A stretch of 64,000 nt of DNA from Flavobacteriales bacterium (lineage in GTDB: Bacteria; Bacteroidota; Bacteroidia; Palsa-965). Location of the stretch: contig JBEIPA010000009.1 in NCBI GenBank assembly GCA_040377305.1, positions 64,001 through 128,000 of the forward strand, in the 5' to 3' direction. The translations under genes were made by a program, and so were the position numbers. Below, one piece after another: positions 10,289 through 18,396 of this stretch. The notes below the pieces were generated by a model, which had not been told where the DNA came from, did no database searches, and worked only from the letters and a program-made list of their open reading frames with translations. Numbering within the stretch: the stretch's first letter is position 1; each line of letters opens with the position of its first letter.

Positions 10289-10351
10289 CATATGAAATTT
10301 AGTACAACCGCCTTTATTATCCAAGTCTTTTTCAATAAAATCTCTACGGAT

Positions 10352-10467
10352 AAAAAAGCGGCATCTCCTTTCGGAAATGCCGTCTAAGTTTCTTTCTATA
10401 TGACATATAATGTCGGCGAAATCGGTTCTTCGAGGAAACATTTCGCGTAGAAGAAACTTAAGAGTCT
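10352..10467 (-). ncRNA. putative ~115-nt small antisense RNA (RNA1)
   Basis: TTGACA-N17-TATCCT (10502-10474); branched stem 10386-10459; GAAA-tetraloop terminator CGGCATTTCCGAAAGGAGATGCCGCTTTTTT. Confidence 0.5.
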
Positions 10468-10563
10468 TTGAGCAGGATATACCACTTAACGCAGCTTGTC
10501 AAGGGATAAACGGAAGTATCCTGTTGAGAAAATCATTGATCATCACAACCGCAATAACTAACA

Positions 10564-10770
10564 AAACCGACTTTTTGGTTAAAATAAAGGACTAAACCCA
10601 AGCGCGCCCAATCATTCCGGATGAAAGCCAAAAGGCATCAACCGGAAAGAAAGGACGCGGAAGCGAAATAAACGAGACTGCGTGAAGGCGCAGCGCAAGA
10701 TTGCAAGTTGCCGGTAAACTTTCGTAAACCGGCAACTTGCAATCTTGCTGGGGACACCCCAGACCCGCTA
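10564..10770. other. repeat copy 2 plus 21-bp inverted repeat; oriT-like region
   Basis: GCAAGATTGCAAGTTGCCGGT-N12-ACCGGCAACTTGCAATCTTGC followed by TGGGGACACCCCA; ATCTTGC resembles the MOBP nic core. Confidence 0.45.
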
Positions 10771-10835
10771 GCGAGTTAGATACGAAAAACGTCTTTGAAC
10801 TTTGGAGCCAGATCGAACCTAACGATTCAGTTGAA

Positions 10836-12572
10836 TTAAACGATTGACTTAATCGATGCCTGTCCAAACCAATTTCCCAATTTAGCCAGTGCACCTGCAG
10901 AAAGTTCTTGAGTAAAAAGAATTGCTAAGCGCTGTTTCGGCCGAGAACATGCAACATAAAACAAATTTCTGTTCTCTTCGAAATTTGCCTGTTGATCCGC
11001 GGCAATTGCGGTTCCTGCACGTTCCAACATTTTGTTGAAGTTATATTTGCTCCACCCCCGGCCTACAACTACGAGAACATTCTCGAATTCCGCTCCTTTT
11101 ACACCATGCTTTGTCGAGAATGGACTATAGTCATTAACGTATTTAGAAAGTGCAATAATTTCACTGTAGGATACGCTTCTGAATTTCTCGTTGTGTTCAA
11201 CCTTTTTCTTGAGTTCTTCTCCGGCATCATCAGTTGCCTTTGCAATTGCATGTTCGTTAATTTCGATCTTATCTGATAAGCGAGGACGCATACATTCTTT
11301 CAGGTGATCAAGCACTTCACCAATTGAAGCGTTGGAGCGAAGCACATCAAGTTTCTTCATATCCTCTGCCCATTTCAATTTATCATCATGTGAATTAACA
11401 TGAACAGTGCGCTGATCCATCACGCTAAACATTTGACCGAATCGCTTATTTGCATACGCCTGAGATACTGGCTCGAGCGTATCCAAAAAGAAAGCTATGT
11501 ACGGATCTTCCTTCTTGATAAACTGATCGGTGTTTGAAAAAAGATCCGCAATGCCTTTATATCCTTGCTCACTAGCCAACCCCTTGTGTGTTAGCATGAG
11601 GATTTTCGACTTGCTGGAAGTGAAGTCCCATCCTTCGCTTGCCAAGCGAGCTTTCAATTCTTCTAGATAACGATGTGATTCTGCTGCCGGTAAATCACCC
11701 GCCCAATGCGCACCAGTCAATCTTGATCCCGTCCAACCATTGGTGTGGTACACCGTAACTTCCCCCAAGTTTTCCTCGTCACTAACGTTCTGCGGAAGTT
11801 CGGGACGCATCCTATTAAGACTATCTACGATTTTCTTAGCCGATCGGAAATTGGCTTTTTTCCCAATCATCTTCAGGTTAGCATGTTCGATTTTGCCACA
11901 GCCGTTTCCGTATATTTTTTGCCAATGATCTCCAAAGAACCCCAAAAGAGGGCCTTCGTTCGTACCTAGAAAGTGCGTCTTAATTGCTTCTACGACATTT
12001 GCATCAGTATCCTGATATTCGTCAATAAAAATGACTGGAAATTTATCCGTGACGATGAAACGAAACTTTTTTTCTTTGAGAAATTCTACGAGAATCCGTA
12101 AAATGTCATTGTGACTTAACCAAATTTCCGACTCCGTTATTTTGGGGTAGCCGAGATCATAGGATATTTTGCGTGAACCAACTTCCACAACTTCAGCCTC
12201 TGTCAATCGCTCCTGCCAACTTCCAATAGAAGGAAGGATCTTTCGTAGTGCTGATTGATAATCTTTAATGATCGCCCAACTGAACGCATGAATTGTTGAA
12301 GAGAAAATAGCCGGATGACTATCAGTTCGGGAAGCAATTTCGTTACTCGCAACGTTGGTATAGGTTATACACGCGATCTGTTGTTTATTACGAAGCATCG
12401 CTTTCCCGTGCTCTTTAATGAGAAAACGTAGAGCGTGAACCAAGCTATATGTCTTACCGGCTCCAGCGCCCGCCTCTAGGACAAAACTCTGTCTGTGGTG
12501 AATGCACGCAAAAACACTTTCTAATGCTTCCTTTGCGGCAATCTCTGCTGGACTTATTTTTTTCTCTATCAT
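10836..12572 (-). CDS. gajB: Gabija GajB, UvrD-like helicase
   Basis: EAGAGAGKT, ITYTN, IDEYQD, FGDHWQKIY, KHGVKGAEF, YVACSR; 4-bp overlap with the OLD nuclease gene. Confidence 0.85.
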   Translation of the reverse strand: MIEKKISPAEIAAKEALESVFACIHHRQSFVLEAGAGAGKTYSLVHALRFLIKEHGKAMLRNKQQIACITYTNVASNEIASRTDSHPAIFSSTIHAFSWAIIKDYQSALRKILPSIGSWQERLTEAEVVEVGSRKISYDLGYPKITESEIWLSHNDILRILVEFLKEKKFRFIVTDKFPVIFIDEYQDTDANVVEAIKTHFLGTNEGPLLGFFGDHWQKIYGNGCGKIEHANLKMIGKKANFRSAKKIVDSLNRMRPELPQNVSDEENLGEVTVYHTNGWTGSRLTGAHWAGDLPAAESHRYLEELKARLASEGWDFTSSKSKILMLTHKGLASEQGYKGIADLFSNTDQFIKKEDPYIAFFLDTLEPVSQAYANKRFGQMFSVMDQRTVHVNSHDDKLKWAEDMKKLDVLRSNASIGEVLDHLKECMRPRLSDKIEINEHAIAKATDDAGEELKKKVEHNEKFRSVSYSEIIALSKYVNDYSPFSTKHGVKGAEFENVLVVVGRGWSKYNFNKMLERAGTAIAADQQANFEENRNLFYVACSRPKQRLAILFTQELSAGALAKLGNWFGQASIKSIV

Positions 12573-14632
12573 GACTTCGCCTTTTTAACTGTTGTCTTCT
12601 TTGGCGGCGGAGCAGAAGCTATAGGTGCAGCAGGAAGGGCTGCAGCTACAGGATTTTCTGCCAACCACAACAAACCATCAGCTATATATCGCGGGGTTGT
12701 CCAAGTTGTATTAGTAATTGCCCATTGGAAAGCAAACGTTGTTTTATCAATGTTCTGTGCCTTATCGTATGCATCCTTTTCCTTTTCCAAATCAGTAGTT
12801 CCGGTGAGTGGAATTAAAGATTGATTTGCCAAGATAAACGCATCTTCAAAACTGCGTCCACATGCGGTCGAACTATTCTCTGGAATCTGATATGCAAGAC
12901 GTCGATAGTGTGAGGTTTTATCGCCAGCACTTTTTCCTTTAAGAACAGTGGGAGAAATACTAGTGTCGGCAAACCATTTTTTGATCGTGGTGTTACTTGT
13001 GTGTGTACCAACGCTCACTTCACACTTTGCGCCTCCAGCACCATTTACAGAATCAATATCCGTGATGGTTAACGTTTTAAGCTGAAGAAAATCCAAAAGT
13101 CTAAAAAATATGTGCGCATACGCACCACCAACTTCTATGATAGAAACATATTGACTGGACAATTTGTGTCCGGAAGTGATTCCTACATCTGTCTTTGAAA
13201 TCATTGTTGGTAAGAGTAACCGCTCTGTAGCTCCTTCTATCAGAATCGCCTTGTCTGCAAAAAACAGATCACATTTGGTCAGGGTGATGTACTTATGTAA
13301 AAACTCCTTTTCGGCAGCCCACGCTGCGTCTGTAATTCCATTTCTTAAGTCCTTGATCTCCGTTTGTGCAACACCACCTGACCTGGAACTTAGAAAATAA
13401 CGAATAGACTCAAAACTTGATTCATTCGCAATGTGAGTGGAATGTGTCGTTATGACGAACTGTACTGGCCATTTCTTACCCGCGTTAAATTCCTTTTCAA
13501 ACTCACGAGCAATCTCATGAATTTTGCGAATAAAGACCTCTTGCATTTGCGGGTGCAGATGAGCTTCCGGCTCTTCAATGAACACTAGATGAATGCTTGG
13601 TGCAGTCGGCAAAGCCTTATAGGCCTTGAAGAACTCTAGTATCTGAAAGAGTATGTAGATGAGGTTCCGAGAACCCAACCCATTGTATGTTTCGGGTAAG
13701 CTGATTCCTTCTGCTGTTGCGTATCGGATTTTTGTATTGTCGCCTAGCAATCGTTCGACGTCCAACGAAGTTTCAGTTTGAATGTTGGGATCGCCAAGTC
13801 CCGGATAACCAAAAATTGAGAGAGCGGGAAGAAGTTTGTCAGCTTGCCGTGAGAAATCACTGTCTAACTTTTCTTGAATACCCTGCACTGCTGTTCTTAA
13901 CGCCTCAACTGTTGCCTTATCTGTTGCATCAGCTTCTTCTGAAGATGCCGCTCCAAGCAAACGCTGTAATATTTTCCCCAGTAGGTCTTTTTCCTTTTGT
14001 GTTGAATCGTCCAGCCCTCGCTGTGCATGAATAAAACCGGTCATCAATACCGACCGCAGATCGGATAACTCAAGACTTTTCTCATTCGTGAGGTCTGCCG
14101 GATCAATCGCTTTTACCGTTGTGACGTACCTTGATGAAATGCGATCCCTGATCTCTCGAAAAAATAGTTTCTTTTGCTTCACACTATCCTTTTCTTCCGC
14201 GCACTTCAGATCTTTGAACAACTCATCAATTCCGCCATCCTGCAAGCGATACGAAATTAAAGCGACCGCATCATGAGAACCCGAATCGAGATTAATGACA
14301 AAAGCTCCAAGCGGACCAAGTGATGCGCTGGTTGTGTCATAATTGAAGGTGATTCGAACTTCAATTATGGGAAGAACTTCCCGTATATCTGGTTCCGGCG
14401 CTTCAGCCACCCTCAATTGATACGCCTTCCAAAAGTCTTCGTGAGCAGATATTGAAAAATCCTCAAGAGTAAATCGAGCGGAAGTATCCGATAAGAATCG
14501 TTTCAATAATTCTGTGAAGCACGTCTTCCCCGAATTGTTTCTCCCAACAATGACTGTCGTCTCATCCTCCAAAGAGAGATGTACATCCCGGAGTATTCTG
14601 AAATTCTTAATTTCTACCTTTTGAATTTTCAT
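12569..14632 (-). CDS. gajA: Gabija GajA, OLD-family ABC-ATPase/TOPRIM nuclease
   Basis: GRNNSGKT, IEEPEAHLHPQ, TTHS, FFADKAILIEGATE, ITDID. Confidence 0.88.
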   Translation of the reverse strand: MKIQKVEIKNFRILRDVHLSLEDETTVIVGRNNSGKTCFTELLKRFLSDTSARFTLEDFSISAHEDFWKAYQLRVAEAPEPDIREVLPIIEVRITFNYDTTSASLGPLGAFVINLDSGSHDAVALISYRLQDGGIDELFKDLKCAEEKDSVKQKKLFFREIRDRISSRYVTTVKAIDPADLTNEKSLELSDLRSVLMTGFIHAQRGLDDSTQKEKDLLGKILQRLLGAASSEEADATDKATVEALRTAVQGIQEKLDSDFSRQADKLLPALSIFGYPGLGDPNIQTETSLDVERLLGDNTKIRYATAEGISLPETYNGLGSRNLIYILFQILEFFKAYKALPTAPSIHLVFIEEPEAHLHPQMQEVFIRKIHEIAREFEKEFNAGKKWPVQFVITTHSTHIANESSFESIRYFLSSRSGGVAQTEIKDLRNGITDAAWAAEKEFLHKYITLTKCDLFFADKAILIEGATERLLLPTMISKTDVGITSGHKLSSQYVSIIEVGGAYAHIFFRLLDFLQLKTLTITDIDSVNGAGGAKCEVSVGTHTSNTTIKKWFADTSISPTVLKGKSAGDKTSHYRRLAYQIPENSSTACGRSFEDAFILANQSLIPLTGTTDLEKEKDAYDKAQNIDKTTFAFQWAITNTTWTTPRYIADGLLWLAENPVAAALPAAPIASAPPPKKTTVKKAKS

Positions 14633-14719
14633 GATTCAAGATTACGGGGTTCATTATTACTGGTACCTGCAGATTTCCAAAGTGTAGACGAAATGCTGTA
14701 AAACACAAGAAGGCATTAT

Positions 14720-15307
14720 CTATCCACTCCCTAACAGATTAATCAATTCTTCCCTTTTCTTATCCAGTAATGTATCAATACGCTGCCCAATTGCAAATGA
14801 CCAGGTTTCTACAGAAGCATTGTTCTTATCTACAAACTCCATAGTCATTCGCAGGACACGGCTTACCTCTTCTGTTGCCCGTTGTGGGTTAAGTTCGGGG
14901 AGATCAACTGAAATTTCAATCTGATTGGAATATGGGACAATTACACCACGATCAGAAGAATAATATGAGAATCCTTCTTCAGGAACGTGACTAAACAGCT
15001 CCCGATCGCCGGTAAATGGAATGCTGATTTCGTGAATAAAATGGTTGGGGCTCACACCTCCAACAAGCATCTGGGTATGGGTCAAGGGGACTTCTTGAAA
15101 ATCATGATCGACAAACTGCGGCTTTCCGAGCACTACGCGAGTCAGGACTACGGCATTTCTGATACGTTGCTTTGTACGTTCGAAAGCTTTATCCTCTTGA
15201 ACGTCCTTTAACTTCAGACTGTTGATCAGAGAATTTATCTGCGATTCTCGCTCCTTTTTTAAATTTGAAAAGTGCGGAAGAGCATGTGGCGAAGTAAAAT
15301 TACTCAT
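14720..15307 (-). CDS. hypothetical 195-aa protein
   Basis: Clean ORF 12 nt after the upstream gene; IPFTGDRELF motif; helical C-terminus. Confidence 0.75.
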   Translation of the reverse strand: MSNFTSPHALPHFSNLKKERESQINSLINSLKLKDVQEDKAFERTKQRIRNAVVLTRVVLGKPQFVDHDFQEVPLTHTQMLVGGVSPNHFIHEISIPFTGDRELFSHVPEEGFSYYSSDRGVIVPYSNQIEISVDLPELNPQRATEEVSRVLRMTMEFVDKNNASVETWSFAIGQRIDTLLDKKREELINLLGSG

Positions 15308-15319
15308 GCGTCGATATTA

Positions 15320-15541
15320 TTAAAGTGGAGTTGACGGAGGTTCAACAATTACTTCTACAGGAAAGCCCTCCCACTTGCCGGCATCGAGATGACTCTGCAC
15401 CGCCGCGACATTCTTCTCTGCTGCAACACCGACCTCGATGTAATCACCTGATCCACGCGTTCGCGTTGATATACTAGTGACGAACTCGTTTGAAATAATG
15501 AGAGCCTCTAGTGCCTTCTTCGATTCCTTAATGTTTTTCAT
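15320..15541 (-). CDS. small protein resembling a standalone Nal1-type protease N-terminal domain
   Basis: Start MKNIKES 5 nt after the protease stop; V.SI...G..YIEVGV...GKWEGFPVEV pattern. Confidence 0.6.
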   Translation of the reverse strand: MKNIKESKKALEALIISNEFVTSISTRTRGSGDYIEVGVAAEKNVAAVQSHLDAGKWEGFPVEVIVEPPSTPL

Positions 15542-15546
15542 ATTGC

Positions 15547-16485
15547 TTACTGTAAAAGTTTCCACGTTTGAAGTTGGTCAGCGACTAGAACACCTGGGTT
15601 CGCGCTAGTTCCCGTCTCACCACCGGCAAAGAGTAGGCCGACGAAATCGCCATTATCTCCGAAGATAAATGATCCTGAATCACCTCCTTGCGAGAACTGA
15701 TTGCCACCATTTATATCTGTAATCAGCAGCTGATCCACGAATAAGGCAAGCTGTCCGTTATAATTCACTCGGAAGGAGCGGTCATCTGCCTGCACAATTC
15801 CTCGTGTTCCTCCAGTAGTTGCACCAAATTTTGTGACAATTTCCCCTTGACGTGGATGATGATAATTGACGTATCCACCTATAGCAACCTGCTCGTCTGA
15901 ATCAAGTTTTGCAACCGCGAGGTCGAGCACATTCGCATGTCCATGATATCGGATCGGCACAAAATTCTGCAGGTTGCCAATATGTCTACCATCATTCCCA
16001 ATCTTGAATACATCATCCCCGATTGCAGCATCATTGCAATTTGCGAGGACGTGATTATTACTAACAATGTGAGAAACCTTATTCCGGTTTCTGTCTATTG
16101 TGAAGCCGCCTAGAGTACCCCAGGTTGGTAGTGCCTGATGTGCGACTCGATCTCCTACCTGAAGAGCAGCGAACTGAGGAACGTCAATTACAGCGTTGCG
16201 CACAGAAATCTGCATTGGATTAAGACCAAACTTGCGCGCAATGTCATTTTTCACGCAACTACAAGAATGACCGTTGCATATTTGCGCATCGAAGACGAGC
16301 TGAAGCATAGAGCCACGGATCGTGCATACACTTAATAATAAGTCGCCATAGTTGGCGCCGCTGAAGTTGCGTGTTTTGCCGTAGAATGATTCAGATATGA
16401 ATCCAATGCTTTCGTTGGCCAAAGATGAATATGAAGGTTGAAGTGCGCTTCTGAAATAGTCGCGTGCGTTGTAGAGTTGTTTCAT
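15547..16485 (-). CDS. trypsin-like (S1, Nal1-like) serine protease, no signal peptide
   Basis: GTLGG, SNNHVL (His), DLAVA (Asp), K.GATTG.T.G, GGDSGS (Ser), GLLFAG. Confidence 0.88.
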   Translation of the reverse strand: MKQLYNARDYFRSALQPSYSSLANESIGFISESFYGKTRNFSGANYGDLLLSVCTIRGSMLQLVFDAQICNGHSCSCVKNDIARKFGLNPMQISVRNAVIDVPQFAALQVGDRVAHQALPTWGTLGGFTIDRNRNKVSHIVSNNHVLANCNDAAIGDDVFKIGNDGRHIGNLQNFVPIRYHGHANVLDLAVAKLDSDEQVAIGGYVNYHHPRQGEIVTKFGATTGGTRGIVQADDRSFRVNYNGQLALFVDQLLITDINGGNQFSQGGDSGSFIFGDNGDFVGLLFAGGETGTSANPGVLVADQLQTWKLLQ

Positions 16486-16536
16486 GCCAGGTACTGTATA
16501 GGTGTTTACAATTTCGTTTTAGTTGGGGGAATAGAA

Positions 16537-16569
16537 ACCTTGTCGGCAGAGAGTTTCTGCCGACAAGGT
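16537..16569 (-). terminator. 14-bp perfect stem between the 42-aa ORF and the protease
   Basis: ACCTTGTCGGCAGA-gagtt-TCTGCCGACAAGGT. Confidence 0.65.
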
Positions 16570-16581
16570 GAACCTGAAGAA

Positions 16582-16710
16582 TTACTTCTTCTTGCGGTCG
16601 GTTTCTTTTACCGTGGTGTTAGGATGGCTTTTCCCGTAGCTCGGTTTGACGTACTGACCCGTCTTTGCACTACGATACTTGCTCCCACCGGAAGTAGATT
16701 TTTTACTCAT
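16582..16710 (-). CDS. 42-aa basic protein, absent from the ORF track
   Basis: Manual translation MSKKSTSGGSKYRSAKTGQYVKPSYGKSHPNTTVKETDRKKK; R-S-A-K-T-G-x-Y-V...H-P-x-T-T-V-K-E motif. Confidence 0.75.
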   Translation of the reverse strand: MSKKSTSGGSKYRSAKTGQYVKPSYGKSHPNTTVKETDRKKK

Positions 16711-17036
16711 ACTTACTGAGGATTTATAGCTCGCCCACAAGGAATGTAGGTATGGGAGAAATTCCTACTGTGATTTGGAAATGTCGATTGACGAGCTATA
16801 TTTGCGACCTCTTACATCACAATTTTCAACCCGGGGCGCTTTATCAAATCACGTATAGGCGCAACGGGTTGTTAATCAAACTTTGTTCCAACAGAAATTT
16901 CCTGTCAATTCTTCAGTCCGCATATCGATCCAATGGCACCGATGGACTGACAAAAGCTCCAAAGGATCGAATTTGTCATGTTCGAACTGTCAGCCTGTCA
17001 GGTTTGAATAGATGTGATTGCTCGTGCCAATGACGG

Positions 17037-17846
17037 TTATCGCTCACGCCGATAGTGTTTTGTCTTGTGTCGTTTGGAGGTTGACGCTTCCCATGTTAAT
17101 GCATCGGGGAGCAATTTATTGAAGCGGTACTTTCGCTGATCATGAAGTACACCATAAATCTTCCCGCCACGTTCATACGTTTGCATTCCTTGCTTGCCTA
17201 ACAATGAATAAAACTCTTCTGGAGAAGATGATTGCTGTCGGCATGCTTGTATCACGTTCCTCACTTGCGTGCGCTTGCTTACTTTTCCTGCTCGCCCCAT
17301 TAATTGGACATCCGAATCCGCAAGTGTCTGCGACCTCCAACCGTGACGTACTACCGATCTAGACAGTTCCGGGAACTTCTCAATTTGATAGTGTTGAAAG
17401 TTCTTCTTCAGATCGGTCAGTTCCTGTCGCGACATCCGCATACTCTTTCCGGTACGGTATTCAATCGCAGAAGAACAGACATGGACATGAACATGGTAGC
17501 GGTCGAAGTGCGGCACTGCAACGTAACACCCTTTTGGATTCCGCATCTTGATATATTGTCTTATCAGCAACGCAAGTTTTTCCTGAGTGAGATGCTTCGT
17601 GTCGTCTCTATGAAAGGAAATAATCTCGTGATTTAGGTAAACAGAATTGGAGCGTTTACGAAGCCGGTGCTTCTCATTTTCCTTGAAGGATTTTACCCAA
17701 TCTTCAATGGCTGTGCCCCGAACATTATGCTTGATCACAAAACTTTTTCCGTGAGAGTCAAACAACCGTTCATCGTTATCAATCATGTAACGGAGTAGGT
17801 ATTCAAACTTAGGTCGTTTGTGAGTCAGGATTTTTACGAGCGGCAT
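17037..17846 (-). CDS. relaxase (MOBP/VirD2-like)
   Basis: N-terminal LLRYM tyrosine, HEIISF, PHFDRYHVHVH HUH motif. Confidence 0.85.
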   Translation of the reverse strand: MPLVKILTHKRPKFEYLLRYMIDNDERLFDSHGKSFVIKHNVRGTAIEDWVKSFKENEKHRLRKRSNSVYLNHEIISFHRDDTKHLTQEKLALLIRQYIKMRNPKGCYVAVPHFDRYHVHVHVCSSAIEYRTGKSMRMSRQELTDLKKNFQHYQIEKFPELSRSVVRHGWRSQTLADSDVQLMGRAGKVSKRTQVRNVIQACRQQSSSPEEFYSLLGKQGMQTYERGGKIYGVLHDQRKYRFNKLLPDALTWEASTSKRHKTKHYRRER

Positions 17847-18396
17847 TGTTTATTATCGTTAGTAATCGTTCTCTCAGTGCAGCGTCGGTTCGTGCGGCTT
17901 CACTCACCGCCACTTCGAGCATAGATGGAAAATCAAAAAGGTTGCGGATCTCCGTTTCCATGCGCGTAATGCGCTCTTCAATTACTGAGTACTTTTCTTC
18001 AATCGTGAAAAGAGACACCCTGCTTCTTATTTCAGTAATAACCCGAATGTCGTTCAGACATGATTCCAATAATGCGGCGAGTTTTCCAACGAGGACATTA
18101 TTTGGAATTAGGTATTTGCGTTCGATGTACGCGATCGTGGCCAATCGGAGGAATGCAGTAACGCTCATCTTGTGTCGTTTCGCTGCAGTCAAAACTTTGC
18201 CATAGTCACCATTGTGTTTTGATAGCTGAACCATAAACTCAGGTTTAACCTTGCGAAGCTGACTTTTGTATTCCCGCATATACACCTTGCGGTATTGGCG
18301 GCGCACTCCTTGTATTTCTTCTGGTGTTCCATTATTAAGAACGCCCGACGCTTCAAGGAACTGCCACAATGCATGGTGTTTCCCCTTCTTACTCAC
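17809..18396 (-). CDS. MobC-like relaxosome accessory protein
   Basis: Directly upstream of and overlapping the relaxase; AAKRHKMSVTAFLR RHH-like segment. Confidence 0.55.
   Translation of the reverse strand: MSKKGKHHALWQFLEASGVLNNGTPEEIQGVRRQYRKVYMREYKSQLRKVKPEFMVQLSKHNGDYGKVLTAAKRHKMSVTAFLRLATIAYIERKYLIPNNVLVGKLAALLESCLNDIRVITEIRSRVSLFTIEEKYSVIEERITRMETEIRNLFDFPSMLEVAVSEAARTDAALRERLLTIINNAARKNPDSQTT

Noticed and set aside
10410-10595. 61-aa plus-strand ORF sharing VLRGN with the 16-codon minus-strand ORF
   Set aside because: The match is a by-product of the 17-bp inverted repeat; the ORF runs antisense through a promoter-like sequence and structured RNA.
9601-10711. CRISPR array or hammerhead ribozyme in the repeats
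   Set aside because: Only two long imperfect copies, no repeat-spacer periodicity and no cas genes; the CUGANGA core is absent (CTGAAAG/ATGAAAG).
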